Of a DNA stretch of 55,033 nt, positions 20,692 to 29,917 are shown in pieces. The position numbers and the translations under genes are program-made. The DNA is taken from positions 1 to 55,033 of the forward strand of contig JAJXYJ010000020.1 of NCBI GenBank assembly GCA_021780615.1, written 5' to 3'. Position 1 is the first letter of the stretch. Every line of letters starts with the position of its first letter. Source of the stretch: a bacterium (GTDB lineage Bacteria; Patescibacteriota; Minisyncoccia; UBA6257; JAGOQP01). Below the pieces are notes generated by a model. It saw only the letters and a program-made list of their open reading frames with translations. It was not told where the DNA came from and did no database searches.

Positions 20692-20720
20692 ATAATACCA
20701 TTAAAATTATAGTAAGTCAA
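20692..20720 (-). promoter_or_regulatory. putative sigma70 promoter of the orphan gene
   Basis: TTGACT-17 nt-TATTAT with TG extension on the minus strand. Confidence 0.6.
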
Positions 20721-20740
20721 TACTATAAAAATTAATTTAT

Positions 20741-21853
20741 CTAAAGAATTATCCCTCCCCCCAATACCTTCCCCTTTCTATCATACATCACCGCGGATTG
20801 CCCTTCAGCAGGGAATAATTTTTCTTCTGCAGCGAAGTGAATGAGTGCGGTATTATCTGATGTCATTTTCATCATTGCCGCACGCAATGGCTGGCGATAG
20901 CGAAGGCGCACCAATACCTCTTGCTCTTTTTTTTCTTTCATACGTTGTTCAAATGATGCGTCAAGAAAATTAAGCATTCCCACAGAAACTTCGCGCGTCA
21001 TAAGCGCCGGATCATCGCCGGAGGTGACTACAATCCGATTCGTGACAACGTCTTTTGCAACAACAAACAACTCATGCCCAGTGGCATTGGCAAATCCATG
21101 CCGCTGACCAATGGTAAACAGCGCCGCTCCTTCGTGCGTGCCGATAATGTTCCCCGCCGTATCAACCACCTCCCCGGGTTCCATGGGAATATGTTCCTTA
21201 AGAAATTCGGCAAAATTAAATTTTCCCAAAAAACAAATCCCCTGCGAATCTTTTTTATGCGCCGTGTGCAAACCGGCTCGTGCGGCAATGCTTCGCACTT
21301 CCGGTTTTAGGAGATTCCCCAACGGAAACATAATGTGCTCAAACTTTTGGCGAGGAATGTTCCACAAAAAATATGTCTGATCTTTGTTGGTGTCTTTGGC
21401 CGCACACACATAAACATCTTTCCTTTCTTTTTTTCGAAATTCGAAATTCGAAATTCGAAATTTATAACAAAGCCGTGCATAATGACCTGACGCAACCGCA
21501 TCAACTCCCAGCCGCATAGCAGCGTCGTACAACAACCCAAATTTTATTTCCGTATTGCACACCACATCCGGATTGGGCGTTATGCCGTTTTTATATCCAT
21601 CCAATAAATAGCGTACCACTTTTTGTTCATATTCTTTTTCGAAATCAAACACATAAAATGGCATGCCCAGCTTTTCAGCAACCAAGCGCGCGTCCTCAGC
21701 ATCCTTATCCTGGCATCCATCCACATTAAAACCCCGGATAAATCCGCCATACACGTCGTGGCCCTGTTTTTTAAGAAGATACGCCGCCACTGACGAGTCC
21801 ACCCCGCCGGAAAGCGCCACCAGTATTTTCTTTTTTACACGCTTCAAAAACAT
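20741..21853 (-). CDS. mnmA: tRNA 2-thiouridylase MnmA
   Basis: SGGVDS PP-loop, TPNPDVVCN, SGHYA, KDQTYFL, KKDSQGICF, TIGQRHG. Confidence 0.97.
   Translation of the reverse strand: MFLKRVKKKILVALSGGVDSSVAAYLLKKQGHDVYGGFIRGFNVDGCQDKDAEDARLVAEKLGMPFYVFDFEKEYEQKVVRYLLDGYKNGITPNPDVVCNTEIKFGLLYDAAMRLGVDAVASGHYARLCYKFRISNFEFRKKERKDVYVCAAKDTNKDQTYFLWNIPRQKFEHIMFPLGNLLKPEVRSIAARAGLHTAHKKDSQGICFLGKFNFAEFLKEHIPMEPGEVVDTAGNIIGTHEGAALFTIGQRHGFANATGHELFVVAKDVVTNRIVVTSGDDPALMTREVSVGMLNFLDASFEQRMKEKKEQEVLVRLRYRQPLRAAMMKMTSDNTALIHFAAEEKLFPAEGQSAVMYDRKGKVLGGGIIL
21433..21460. repeat. (TTCGAAA)4 tandem heptamer inside mnmA
   Basis: four exact units, translated as FRISNFEFR. Confidence 0.92.
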
Positions 21854-21916
21854 GCCCCCACCATATATCAAAGAACTTCAATCCGCAACTATAGCCACAC
21901 CAGCACTCTCTCCACA

Positions 21917-21954
21917 CATCTTACAATAGTGACGACCGTCACTATTGTAAGATG
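21917..21954. repeat. 38-bp palindrome (CGACCG-centred family)
   Basis: CATCTTACAATAGTGACG-ac-CGTCACTATTGTAAGATG. Confidence 0.95.
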
Positions 21955-22157
21955 GTATATTATTTTATTATTTAAACATATATTTTCTATCTATATTAAA
22001 ATAATTATCACACAGCATACCTATAATAAAAATCGGAAAGGTGGACAACTTTATCTACGATATACATATGAAAAAGTAGCTCTTATGGTCAATAGCTATC
22101 ATAAAAACAGCATCACCTATTACAGAAATGCCATCAGAAAATATTGAAAAAGGATTT

Positions 22158-23483
22158 CTATGAGAGAAATAATTTGCTGACTTGCGTCACGTCACCGGCG
22201 CCCATAATGACTGCCATCTCTCCTGGGGCGGCATGCTTAGCAAGAATATCAGCCGCTCTCTGGGGCGCAGACACATATGCAACCGAAAAGCCTTTTTTGG
22301 CTCCGCGCGCCTTAAGCGCATCAAAAAGCATACGCGATGAAATAGAAGAATCTTTTTTCTCACGTGCCGCATATATGGGGAGCAATACGACCTCATCGCA
22401 CGCATCAAAACTTGTCACAAAATCCTTAAACAACAATTTAGTCCGTGAATATAAATGCGGCTGGAACACGCATATAAGCTTTCCCTTACCACATCGCTCG
22501 CGCGCCGCCGCAAGACTTGCTCTAATTTCGGTCGGATGGTGCGCATAATCGTCATATACTGCGACACCATACTTTTCTCCTTTATATTCGAACCGGCGGG
22601 CCGTTCCCGAAAACGACGCAAGTGCCGCACGAATATCTTTAACCGGTACCCGCAGTTCCCGCAGAGTGGCATAGGCCGCCTGCGCATCGCGGCGATTATG
22701 TTCCCCCGTCAACTTGAGCTGCACACCAAGCTGTATCGTCGAATAATCAACAATTTTTGCGGAAATATTTTTGAGCACGCCGCGCACAATCGGATCATGC
22801 ATATCAGCAATAACTCGTCCAGTGAGAGGTACCTTGAGCGCAAACTCTCGAAATGCCTTCTTAATATTGGCAAACGTCTTATAGTAATCCAAATGATCAT
22901 CATCGATATTCGTGATGACCGCAATGGAAGGGGCAAGATCTAGGAATGACTTTTGATATTCACACGCCTCCACCACAAACACATTGCTTTTCCCTGCAAT
23001 AAAATTAGTAGGAATATCAGAAAGTAAACTCCCCACCACCACCGTTGGGTCCTTTTTTGCCTGCAAGAGCGCCCAGGCAATCATACCGGTAGTCGTTGTT
23101 TTACCGTGCGATCCTGCCACTGCAATGGTACGCATGCCCGCCGACACCAACCCCAGCATCTGGGAATATGAAAACGTGGGGATGCCTTTTTTATGCGCCT
23201 CCAAAAGTTCAGGATTTTTAGCATCAATCGCCTTGGTATACATCACCACATCAACATCGGCAGTCATATTTTTTGCATCATGCCCATAGGACACAACCGC
23301 TCCACTTGCGGCAAGCGCTTCAGTAATTGCCGACGGCCCGCGATCGGACCCGCTCACCTTTTTTCCTTCCAACAGAAACTTTTTTGCCAACGCAGACACG
23401 CCGATACCCCCGATGCCGATGCAATGAATATGCCACACCCGTGCAAGAGAAAAATCGCGAACATCAGTAGTTATATTAGCCAT
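22158..23483 (-). CDS. murC: UDP-N-acetylmuramate--L-alanine ligase
   Basis: GIGGIGVSALA, GSHGKTTT, VEACEY, NIDDDHLD, DDYAHHPTEI, FQPHLYSRT. Confidence 0.96.
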   Translation of the reverse strand: MANITTDVRDFSLARVWHIHCIGIGGIGVSALAKKFLLEGKKVSGSDRGPSAITEALAASGAVVSYGHDAKNMTADVDVVMYTKAIDAKNPELLEAHKKGIPTFSYSQMLGLVSAGMRTIAVAGSHGKTTTTGMIAWALLQAKKDPTVVVGSLLSDIPTNFIAGKSNVFVVEACEYQKSFLDLAPSIAVITNIDDDHLDYYKTFANIKKAFREFALKVPLTGRVIADMHDPIVRGVLKNISAKIVDYSTIQLGVQLKLTGEHNRRDAQAAYATLRELRVPVKDIRAALASFSGTARRFEYKGEKYGVAVYDDYAHHPTEIRASLAAARERCGKGKLICVFQPHLYSRTKLLFKDFVTSFDACDEVVLLPIYAAREKKDSSISSRMLFDALKARGAKKGFSVAYVSAPQRAADILAKHAAPGEMAVIMGAGDVTQVSKLFLS

Positions 23484-23575
23484 AATGCCTACACAATATA
23501 GCAAAAAGGTGGTGAGAGCAAATATAAAAGCCGTCCAAAAGGGCGGCTGTAAAAATTACACAACAAATACAAACA

Positions 23576-24160
23576 CTATCCTAGTTTTGTCTCTTCTGTA
23601 TTCTGTTCTAAAAAATCGTTTGGAATTCCTTCGCGATTAAAATATGCGCGAATTTCTGAACGAGAAAGAGAAAGGACTCTGTACCAATCGTATCGATATT
23701 GATCATCATCAAAAACTGGAAAATGTAGATCTTCTGCAGAAGAAATAATCTCATTAAACTTCTCTTTCAAAAATTCTATCTCAGAATTTATTTCTTTTCT
23801 TCTTTTTTGCAGGTCATGTTTTAAATACTCACGAGAAGCACATCCATCCTTCGCATCCACACCAAGCATTTTTTCAAAATCTTTTCGCAGATTCTTTTGA
23901 TCCTTATTAAAGAGATTATAAAGCTTGATAGAGATAATTTTTAAGGAAACATCAATAAGATACTGCGACTCAACGAAGCCAAGAAAATATTTTTTCAGAA
24001 CAGCTTGAGAGAGGAACAGTCTAGTTCGACTATGTGCCACCGAACCATAGAGCCAATCAATGTGATAACTTTGCAAGAGGTTTTTGAAATTTTTATCCGG
24101 ATATTCTGGATATAAAATCTCAACAATTAATAAAACCAGTTTATTAATTCGTTTATTCAT
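23576..24160 (-). CDS. AT-rich hypothetical protein
   Basis: 194-aa ORF, AAGGAG 6 nt before the ATG, consensus promoter upstream. Confidence 0.75.
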   Translation of the reverse strand: MNKRINKLVLLIVEILYPEYPDKNFKNLLQSYHIDWLYGSVAHSRTRLFLSQAVLKKYFLGFVESQYLIDVSLKIISIKLYNLFNKDQKNLRKDFEKMLGVDAKDGCASREYLKHDLQKRRKEINSEIEFLKEKFNEIISSAEDLHFPVFDDDQYRYDWYRVLSLSRSEIRAYFNREGIPNDFLEQNTEETKLG

Positions 24161-24292
24161 TTTTTACTCCTTCTTTCAGCCCTTGCATCGGGCATGGGAG
24201 TTATGGCCCGCCAATGCGGCGTACTCCGGAAACTTATCCGAAAAAACCATTGCATTTCAAATGCGTATATGCACTTGTAATTTGCTTATATA

Positions 24293-24321
24293 ATTATATA
24301 ACAAATATATAATATAGTCAA
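24293..24321 (-). promoter_or_regulatory. near-consensus sigma70 promoter
   Basis: TTGACT-17 nt-TATAAT on the minus strand. Confidence 0.7.
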
Positions 24322-24472
24322 TATAATCAAAAAGCGGCCGCATGGGCCACTTTTTGGTGTAATCGAACATTAACTGATTTCAAATTGAGATTTGATTTCA
24401 AATTTAAAATTTCAAATTCTACTTTATTTACGGTGCCGGAAATCGACATTAATATATTCCACGTGAAGGGCA

Positions 24473-25042
24473 TTAGCCCTTCTGAACCCGCTCCACATAT
24501 TCCCCCGTCTGCGTATTGACGCGAATCACATCATCCTGGTTGATGAAAAATGGCGTGTTCACTTTCGCTCCCGTTTCAAGCGTTACCGATTTTGATCCAC
24601 CCGACGCTGTATCTCCCTTGATTGCCGGCGGGCATTCGGTTACCTTCAAATCGATTTTGACCGGCAGTTGGATTTCTATAAGCTTTCCATCAAACATCAG
24701 AGCAGTCACTTCACAATTACCTTTCAAAAACTGCGCCTTTGATCCTATTTGATCTTCTTTTAATGAAAAACGATTCTTGGGATTGCCCACTTCATTAAAC
24801 CAGTATTCGCCGCGATTACCGTATAAAAAAACACATTTCTGGCGCTCCAACTCAGCCTCTTCAAGCTGATCACTGGATTGAAATGATGTTTCTTTTACCT
24901 TTCCCGTCATCAAGTCACGAAGCTTTACTTTCATCACCGGCTTACGCTGTTGCATACGCAAAAACGCCGCCTCAAGCACTTCATAAACCGAATTTTCGTA
25001 CTCAATAAACAAACCTGGTTTTAACTCATTATATGCCAACAT
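24473..25042 (-). CDS. efp: elongation factor P
   Basis: PPAIKGDTASGGSK, LETGAKV.TPFFI, VNTQTGEYVER. Confidence 0.95.
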   Translation of the reverse strand: MLAYNELKPGLFIEYENSVYEVLEAAFLRMQQRKPVMKVKLRDLMTGKVKETSFQSSDQLEEAELERQKCVFLYGNRGEYWFNEVGNPKNRFSLKEDQIGSKAQFLKGNCEVTALMFDGKLIEIQLPVKIDLKVTECPPAIKGDTASGGSKSVTLETGAKVNTPFFINQDDVIRVNTQTGEYVERVQKG

Positions 25043-25119
25043 GATGGTAAAATTTGAAATTCGAAATTTAAAATATACAATCAAATCTCAATTCTAAATT
25101 TCAAATTATAAATTAAAAA

Positions 25120-26607
25120 TTATTTATTTCCTTCTGGCCCATGCTCATCCGGCTTTTTGAGCACGTTACGAATGAGGTTTTTGAGCTTATCAACGGGAAT
25201 TTTTTCTTCAACGGGCGTATGTTCATGCTCTCGCTTTCGGGGAATATGTTCTTCATGGTCATGCTTCGTTAACATTTCCCCCAATGACCGCTCATCACGA
25301 CGACTCACCATCTGATCAACATTCGTATTTTTGACCGAATAAAAATCATCCCTGATCTTATCTTCAACTTTACTGCGCGGTAACGAATATTTATCACGCG
25401 ATGCCTGCAAAATAATATCAAAGAGAGACGGTACTGGCAAGGGGGGCGGGGGCAATGTTTTTGCAGAAAATGGTTTGGAAGACACCCCATCAATCATTAG
25501 GCGAATATATACCTGCGCATTGGGCAGATTCACAAAATCACTGGAAACAAACTCCTCAAAAAACTCTTTTTCCAAAAATTCAGCATCATCGGCACCCACG
25601 CGAAATACAATCATCGTTCCCACGTTACCAAAAATAGCTGATCGCACTTCATCTTCAAGCTGATCAATATATTGATGTGCCACCACAAGTCCTAACCGGT
25701 ACTTACGAGCCTCCGATAAAATATTGGCAAATGACTCCGTTGCAAAGTTTTGAAACTCATCAACATACAGAAAAAAATCACGCCGCTGAGCAATCGGTGT
25801 ATCCACTCGCGACATAGCGGCAAGTTGCAACTTGGTAATCATCATCGCCCCCAACAAGTTCGAATTATCTTCGCCAATTTTTCCTTTAGATAGGTTTACG
25901 ATAAGGATCTTGCCTTCGTCCATAATCTGACGCATATCAAAGGATGATCGTACCTGCCCGACGATATTACGAATAAGTGGATTTGCAATAAACTGCCCAA
26001 TTTTATTTTGAATAGCGGCAACCGCTTCGGTTTCTAAACGCTGAGTATACTTGGCAAATTCATCTGCCCAAAATGACTTGACCACCGGATCTTGCAAGCC
26101 ATCCACAATTTTTTTCCGAAACTCTTTATCAGAAAACATTTTCATAATACCCAACAACGTCGAACTGGGGTATTCCAAAAGCGCTAAGAGGGTGTTATTA
26201 AGAATATATTCCATACGCGCGGACCACGCATCAGGCCATATTTTTTTAAACACCGACATGAGTCCCGATGCCACCAAGTGGCGCATTTCAAAATTCACCC
26301 GCTCCAAAGGATTGAATGCGATGGGAAAGTTGATATCCCCCGGGTTCACATATACCACATCATCAACCCGATCCTCAGGAATAAAGTGAATGAGCTCCTC
26401 AGCCATTTCACCGTGCGGATCAATAACACAAACCCCATGACCGGCCTTAATATCGGCAACAATCATATTAGAAAGCAAAGTACTCTTTCCTGTACCAGAT
26501 TTACCGATAACATACATATGCTGTCGGCGATCACCAAGTTTAATGCCAAATTTCCGCTCTTGATTGCGGAAGTTGGTTTTTCCTAAAAATAAAATATCAT
26601 CATTCAT
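25120..26607 (-). CDS. VirD4/TraD/HerA-like P-loop ATPase (coupling-protein-like)
   Basis: HMYVIGKSGTGKS Walker A, IDPHG, LYVDEFQ Walker B, EARKYRLGLVVAHQ, FRVGADDA. Confidence 0.85.
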   Translation of the reverse strand: MNDDILFLGKTNFRNQERKFGIKLGDRRQHMYVIGKSGTGKSTLLSNMIVADIKAGHGVCVIDPHGEMAEELIHFIPEDRVDDVVYVNPGDINFPIAFNPLERVNFEMRHLVASGLMSVFKKIWPDAWSARMEYILNNTLLALLEYPSSTLLGIMKMFSDKEFRKKIVDGLQDPVVKSFWADEFAKYTQRLETEAVAAIQNKIGQFIANPLIRNIVGQVRSSFDMRQIMDEGKILIVNLSKGKIGEDNSNLLGAMMITKLQLAAMSRVDTPIAQRRDFFLYVDEFQNFATESFANILSEARKYRLGLVVAHQYIDQLEDEVRSAIFGNVGTMIVFRVGADDAEFLEKEFFEEFVSSDFVNLPNAQVYIRLMIDGVSSKPFSAKTLPPPPLPVPSLFDIILQASRDKYSLPRSKVEDKIRDDFYSVKNTNVDQMVSRRDERSLGEMLTKHDHEEHIPRKREHEHTPVEEKIPVDKLKNLIRNVLKKPDEHGPEGNK

Positions 26608-26723
26608 ACTGTTGTAGTATACACCATCCGAGAAGATAGTTATCAATTTTCAATTTACAATTGGAAAATATATTGATCATTGTAAACTGTACACTGAACA
26701 TTTCAACAACCTCCGGTTATTGG

Positions 26724-27956
26724 TTACTCCACTGGCAGATTAACTGGTGCTCCCCCACGACGAGAATCAATATGTTGAATACGCGGCGCCTTAACCACCG
26801 CAGTGGGAAAATGAAATATCGTTGCCAATTCTTCGGTGTTGAGCACTGAAAGTTTTTCATCGGCAAGACGATTTGAAATTCCAAAACGACGACTGGTATA
26901 GTAATTATACATCATTTGTTTTTTGGCAAGCACCTTTGATTTTTTATACCAAGGAAAAATCTTTGCCATCCAACCACCGTGAGCGGTAAAAAAGATTGGC
27001 CTAAATCCGTTCATATTTTGCGTATTAAACTGTTGCAATGACCCACTGACCGCGGAAATATTGAGCGGGCTAAAGCTGTCTTTTTTATCAATATATAAAA
27101 ATCGTAACGTCGTTTGAAATACCTGTTTTGATATTTTACGCTCTATCGCCGCAATAACATCCCGCTTACCAGTAGAAAGCACTGGAATACCCGAAGGAAC
27201 GCCATCTTTTTTAGGAGTACTTTCATCCATTATTTTTTTGATCTCTGCCTCGCCTTCTTTTTTAATATCATCACCGGTCGCCGGCCCTGTCGGGCTAATG
27301 AGCAACTGAATCCAAATCATCTCATCATCTTTAAGCTTTGACATTGCTTCAAAAACTGGCGATAACGGATCAAGAAACGAGGGCCCCGCATCACGACTCG
27401 CGGCCATACGCGTTGATTGTTCAAAAAAATCATACGTACGAATCGGATATGCATTTGGTTTAATGAGACCATAAGAAAATCCCATCAAATCATATGTTTC
27501 ATTAGGAAGCGCCGCAGGAAGCTCTTCAATATAGTCAGGAACGGAAATAATTTCCACATCGGGAAATTGCGCGTAGAGAGACGATTCTAACAAGTGACGA
27601 AATTGTCCCGGCGTCCGCACATAAAAGCTTGAAGCACCACCCCGACCAACCATCTCAAATGACATCCACAAATCAACTTTGCCGTCCAGGTATTTATCCA
27701 TCGGCTTGATGCCAAAAGAATACATACCCCATAAACTCGCAAAGACCTGCTCCATGGATTTAAGGCCTTTGTCATTTTTTTCAGGAATTCGAATCTCAAC
27801 CAATTGCCACTCCACTTTCGCCAAAAACTGCATACGCTTATGCTGAAGCCTCAGGCGCCAAAAAAGCATCACAAAAAAGACAGGCAGTACAATCCATACC
27901 GCAGTGATCAATGTTTCATAAAAACTGGATGTCGCAAGCGACAAGAAAGAAACCAT
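26724..27956 (-). CDS. membrane-anchored conserved hypothetical protein, probable partner of the VirD4-like ATPase
   Basis: N-terminal TM, LVEIRIP, MSFEMV, YPIRTY, LNTEELATIFHFP; directly upstream of the ATPase. Confidence 0.75.
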   Translation of the reverse strand: MVSFLSLATSSFYETLITAVWIVLPVFFVMLFWRLRLQHKRMQFLAKVEWQLVEIRIPEKNDKGLKSMEQVFASLWGMYSFGIKPMDKYLDGKVDLWMSFEMVGRGGASSFYVRTPGQFRHLLESSLYAQFPDVEIISVPDYIEELPAALPNETYDLMGFSYGLIKPNAYPIRTYDFFEQSTRMAASRDAGPSFLDPLSPVFEAMSKLKDDEMIWIQLLISPTGPATGDDIKKEGEAEIKKIMDESTPKKDGVPSGIPVLSTGKRDVIAAIERKISKQVFQTTLRFLYIDKKDSFSPLNISAVSGSLQQFNTQNMNGFRPIFFTAHGGWMAKIFPWYKKSKVLAKKQMMYNYYTSRRFGISNRLADEKLSVLNTEELATIFHFPTAVVKAPRIQHIDSRRGGAPVNLPVE

Positions 27957-27958
27957 GG

Positions 27959-28984
27959 TTAGGCAACGTGGTAATGGCCTTCGGGATTCTTTTTAAAGAA
28001 TTTTTTATTCTGTAAATTAAGGAAAATAGTGTTGTGTTTAAGAACGCGATGCTCTCCTACCAACTGCACAATGTTATCCAACGGCATAGGGCCGTTCTTT
28101 TTAAGGATTTTCTGCAATAATTCGCGAGTAGTTCCCGGTTCAATGCCAAATTCTTTTAAAGAATAGAGACCACGACCTACCAATACAAATCGATTATCTT
28201 TAATGAGTTCATTGTGCACTGTTTGAGGATGCGCCTTCTTTGCGTCAAATTTTATATTATTGATTTCTTGCGCAATGTCACGAAAATGCATCGGGGCGTG
28301 GCGCTTTTTTAAAATAAGATATGATTTATCCCGTACCGTCTTGGGCATAATTTCAGGCCATTCAATCAAACCGAAATCACCAAACGGATTAACGGAGAAT
28401 TTTTTTGAATTCAAGAGAAAATTGAGCGCCATAAACTCCTGCATGTGGTGCTGTGTGGTTACCTGTGAAAAAAGCGTATCAAATTCCTGCCGTTCAATGA
28501 GTGCTTCTTTTTTATTTTTCAAAAACTGCGCAACTTTTGTAACAAACTGTTTATTTTCTTTGAGCGCCGCCGGTGTCACATACCAGAATGCATACATATC
28601 AGCTGTCTCAGGAGCATAGAGCGGCTTTTTAAAGATAGAAAAAAACAACGTCAAAAACGGCAAGGTTATTTGTTGATCCTCAAGGACAAATTTCATGTCA
28701 TCAACGAGATACGATTCATGACGAACGCCTCCCAAGCTCGTAATATGATCGAGCGCTCGCTGGAGTAAATGCTCAAGATCAGAAAATTCATATGAGCTCT
28801 TTAAAAGAACCTTCAGAGCGGCCGTTTCAATCTGCCGCACCCGTTCACGGGTAATACCATACTTATCTCCCAAGTATGCAAGGGTACGGGACTTCCCACC
28901 AATGCCAAATCGCTGGGTGATAATATCTTTTTGCCTTTTGGGAAGTGTCGCCACGAGCGCTTCCAATGTTGACTGTAAAGCCAT
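27959..28984 (-). CDS. sigma70 region-4 HTH plus HARE-HTH domain protein
   Basis: QRFGIG..TL..LG..YGITRERVRQIE; PMHFRDIA..I; TVHNELIKDNRFVLVGRGLYSL. Confidence 0.8.
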   Translation of the reverse strand: MALQSTLEALVATLPKRQKDIITQRFGIGGKSRTLAYLGDKYGITRERVRQIETAALKVLLKSSYEFSDLEHLLQRALDHITSLGGVRHESYLVDDMKFVLEDQQITLPFLTLFFSIFKKPLYAPETADMYAFWYVTPAALKENKQFVTKVAQFLKNKKEALIERQEFDTLFSQVTTQHHMQEFMALNFLLNSKKFSVNPFGDFGLIEWPEIMPKTVRDKSYLILKKRHAPMHFRDIAQEINNIKFDAKKAHPQTVHNELIKDNRFVLVGRGLYSLKEFGIEPGTTRELLQKILKKNGPMPLDNIVQLVGEHRVLKHNTIFLNLQNKKFFKKNPEGHYHVA

Positions 28985-29002
28985 AGTCGTATTACAAGAA
29001 AA

Positions 29003-29917
29003 TTATTTTATTCTCTTACTTTTACCAAATTTATACCAAATAGTCAAGAGGGGACTAGCAACGAAGATGGAAGAGTATGTTCCGATAACTGTTCCGATAA
29101 GCATAATAAGTACAAACAAGCGAAGGTTAGGTGCTCCAAAAATAATCATGGCAACCAGTACCAACACCAGCGTAAACGACGTATTAATAGAACGAGCAAT
29201 GGTTTGTAAAATACTGTCATTAACCGTTTCATCAAATTCTTTACCCCCCTTCTTAGTAAGAATGTTTTCTCGAATACGATCAAAAACAACAATGGTATCA
29301 TGCACCGAAAATCCCATAATAACCAACAGGGCCACAACAAAGTTCGTGTCCATCTCCACGTTACTCAAGTGTCCCAACAATGCCAAAACTCCCGAAGGAA
29401 TCAACACGTCATGAAACAACGTAATCAAAGTGACCACTCCGTATTTCCACGATGCGATTGGATGCGATACCTTACGAAATGCAAAGGCGATATAGAGCGA
29501 AATACCTACCAACACCAAGATTCCCGCCCAGATAGCTTTTGAGGCAAGCTGTTGGCCTACACTGGGTCCGATTGATTGAAATTCAAGTTCTTGCACCGTG
29601 CCAAATTTCTGTTGCAACGCCATCAAATCAGTGTGATGTTCTTGCTCAGAGAGCGGCTGCGCTTTTATGAAGAATGAATCTCCCATACCGCGATACACAA
29701 CAGGGCTATTGAAATGCAAATCATTCGTAAGAAAAGCAGAGAGCGCCGCATCATTTACCGCATTGCTTGAAAATTGGACTTGCCACAATGTCCCACCGGT
29801 AAAATCAATTGCTGGGCGAAATCCAAACAAAGCCAAACAAACGACTGCCGCCAAAACCAGTGCACCGGAGATAGAAAGAAAGACCGCTTTATGTTTTATG
29901 ATATGTAAGTTTGTCAT
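29003..29917 (-). CDS. secF: protein translocase subunit SecF
   Basis: IDFTGGT, IGPSVG, HDVLI, GFSVHDTIVVFDRIRE, GTYSSIFVASP. Confidence 0.96.
   Translation of the reverse strand: MTNLHIIKHKAVFLSISGALVLAAVVCLALFGFRPAIDFTGGTLWQVQFSSNAVNDAALSAFLTNDLHFNSPVVYRGMGDSFFIKAQPLSEQEHHTDLMALQQKFGTVQELEFQSIGPSVGQQLASKAIWAGILVLVGISLYIAFAFRKVSHPIASWKYGVVTLITLFHDVLIPSGVLALLGHLSNVEMDTNFVVALLVIMGFSVHDTIVVFDRIRENILTKKGGKEFDETVNDSILQTIARSINTSFTLVLVLVAMIIFGAPNLRLFVLIMLIGTVIGTYSSIFVASPLLTIWYKFGKSKRIK

Noticed and set aside
21929-22147. 72-aa plus-strand ORF in the AT-rich spacer
   Set aside because: GTG start lies inside a palindrome, with no SD or recognisable motif; likely spurious or a decayed remnant.
24455-24470. 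parS-like TATTCCACGTGAAGGG
   Set aside because: Only the CACGTG core and part of one arm match TGTTTCACGTGAAACA; symmetry is broken.
25120-27956. Conjugative element/ICE call from the VirD4-like ATPase
   Set aside because: No relaxase, integrase, VirB genes or att sites; flanked by core genes.
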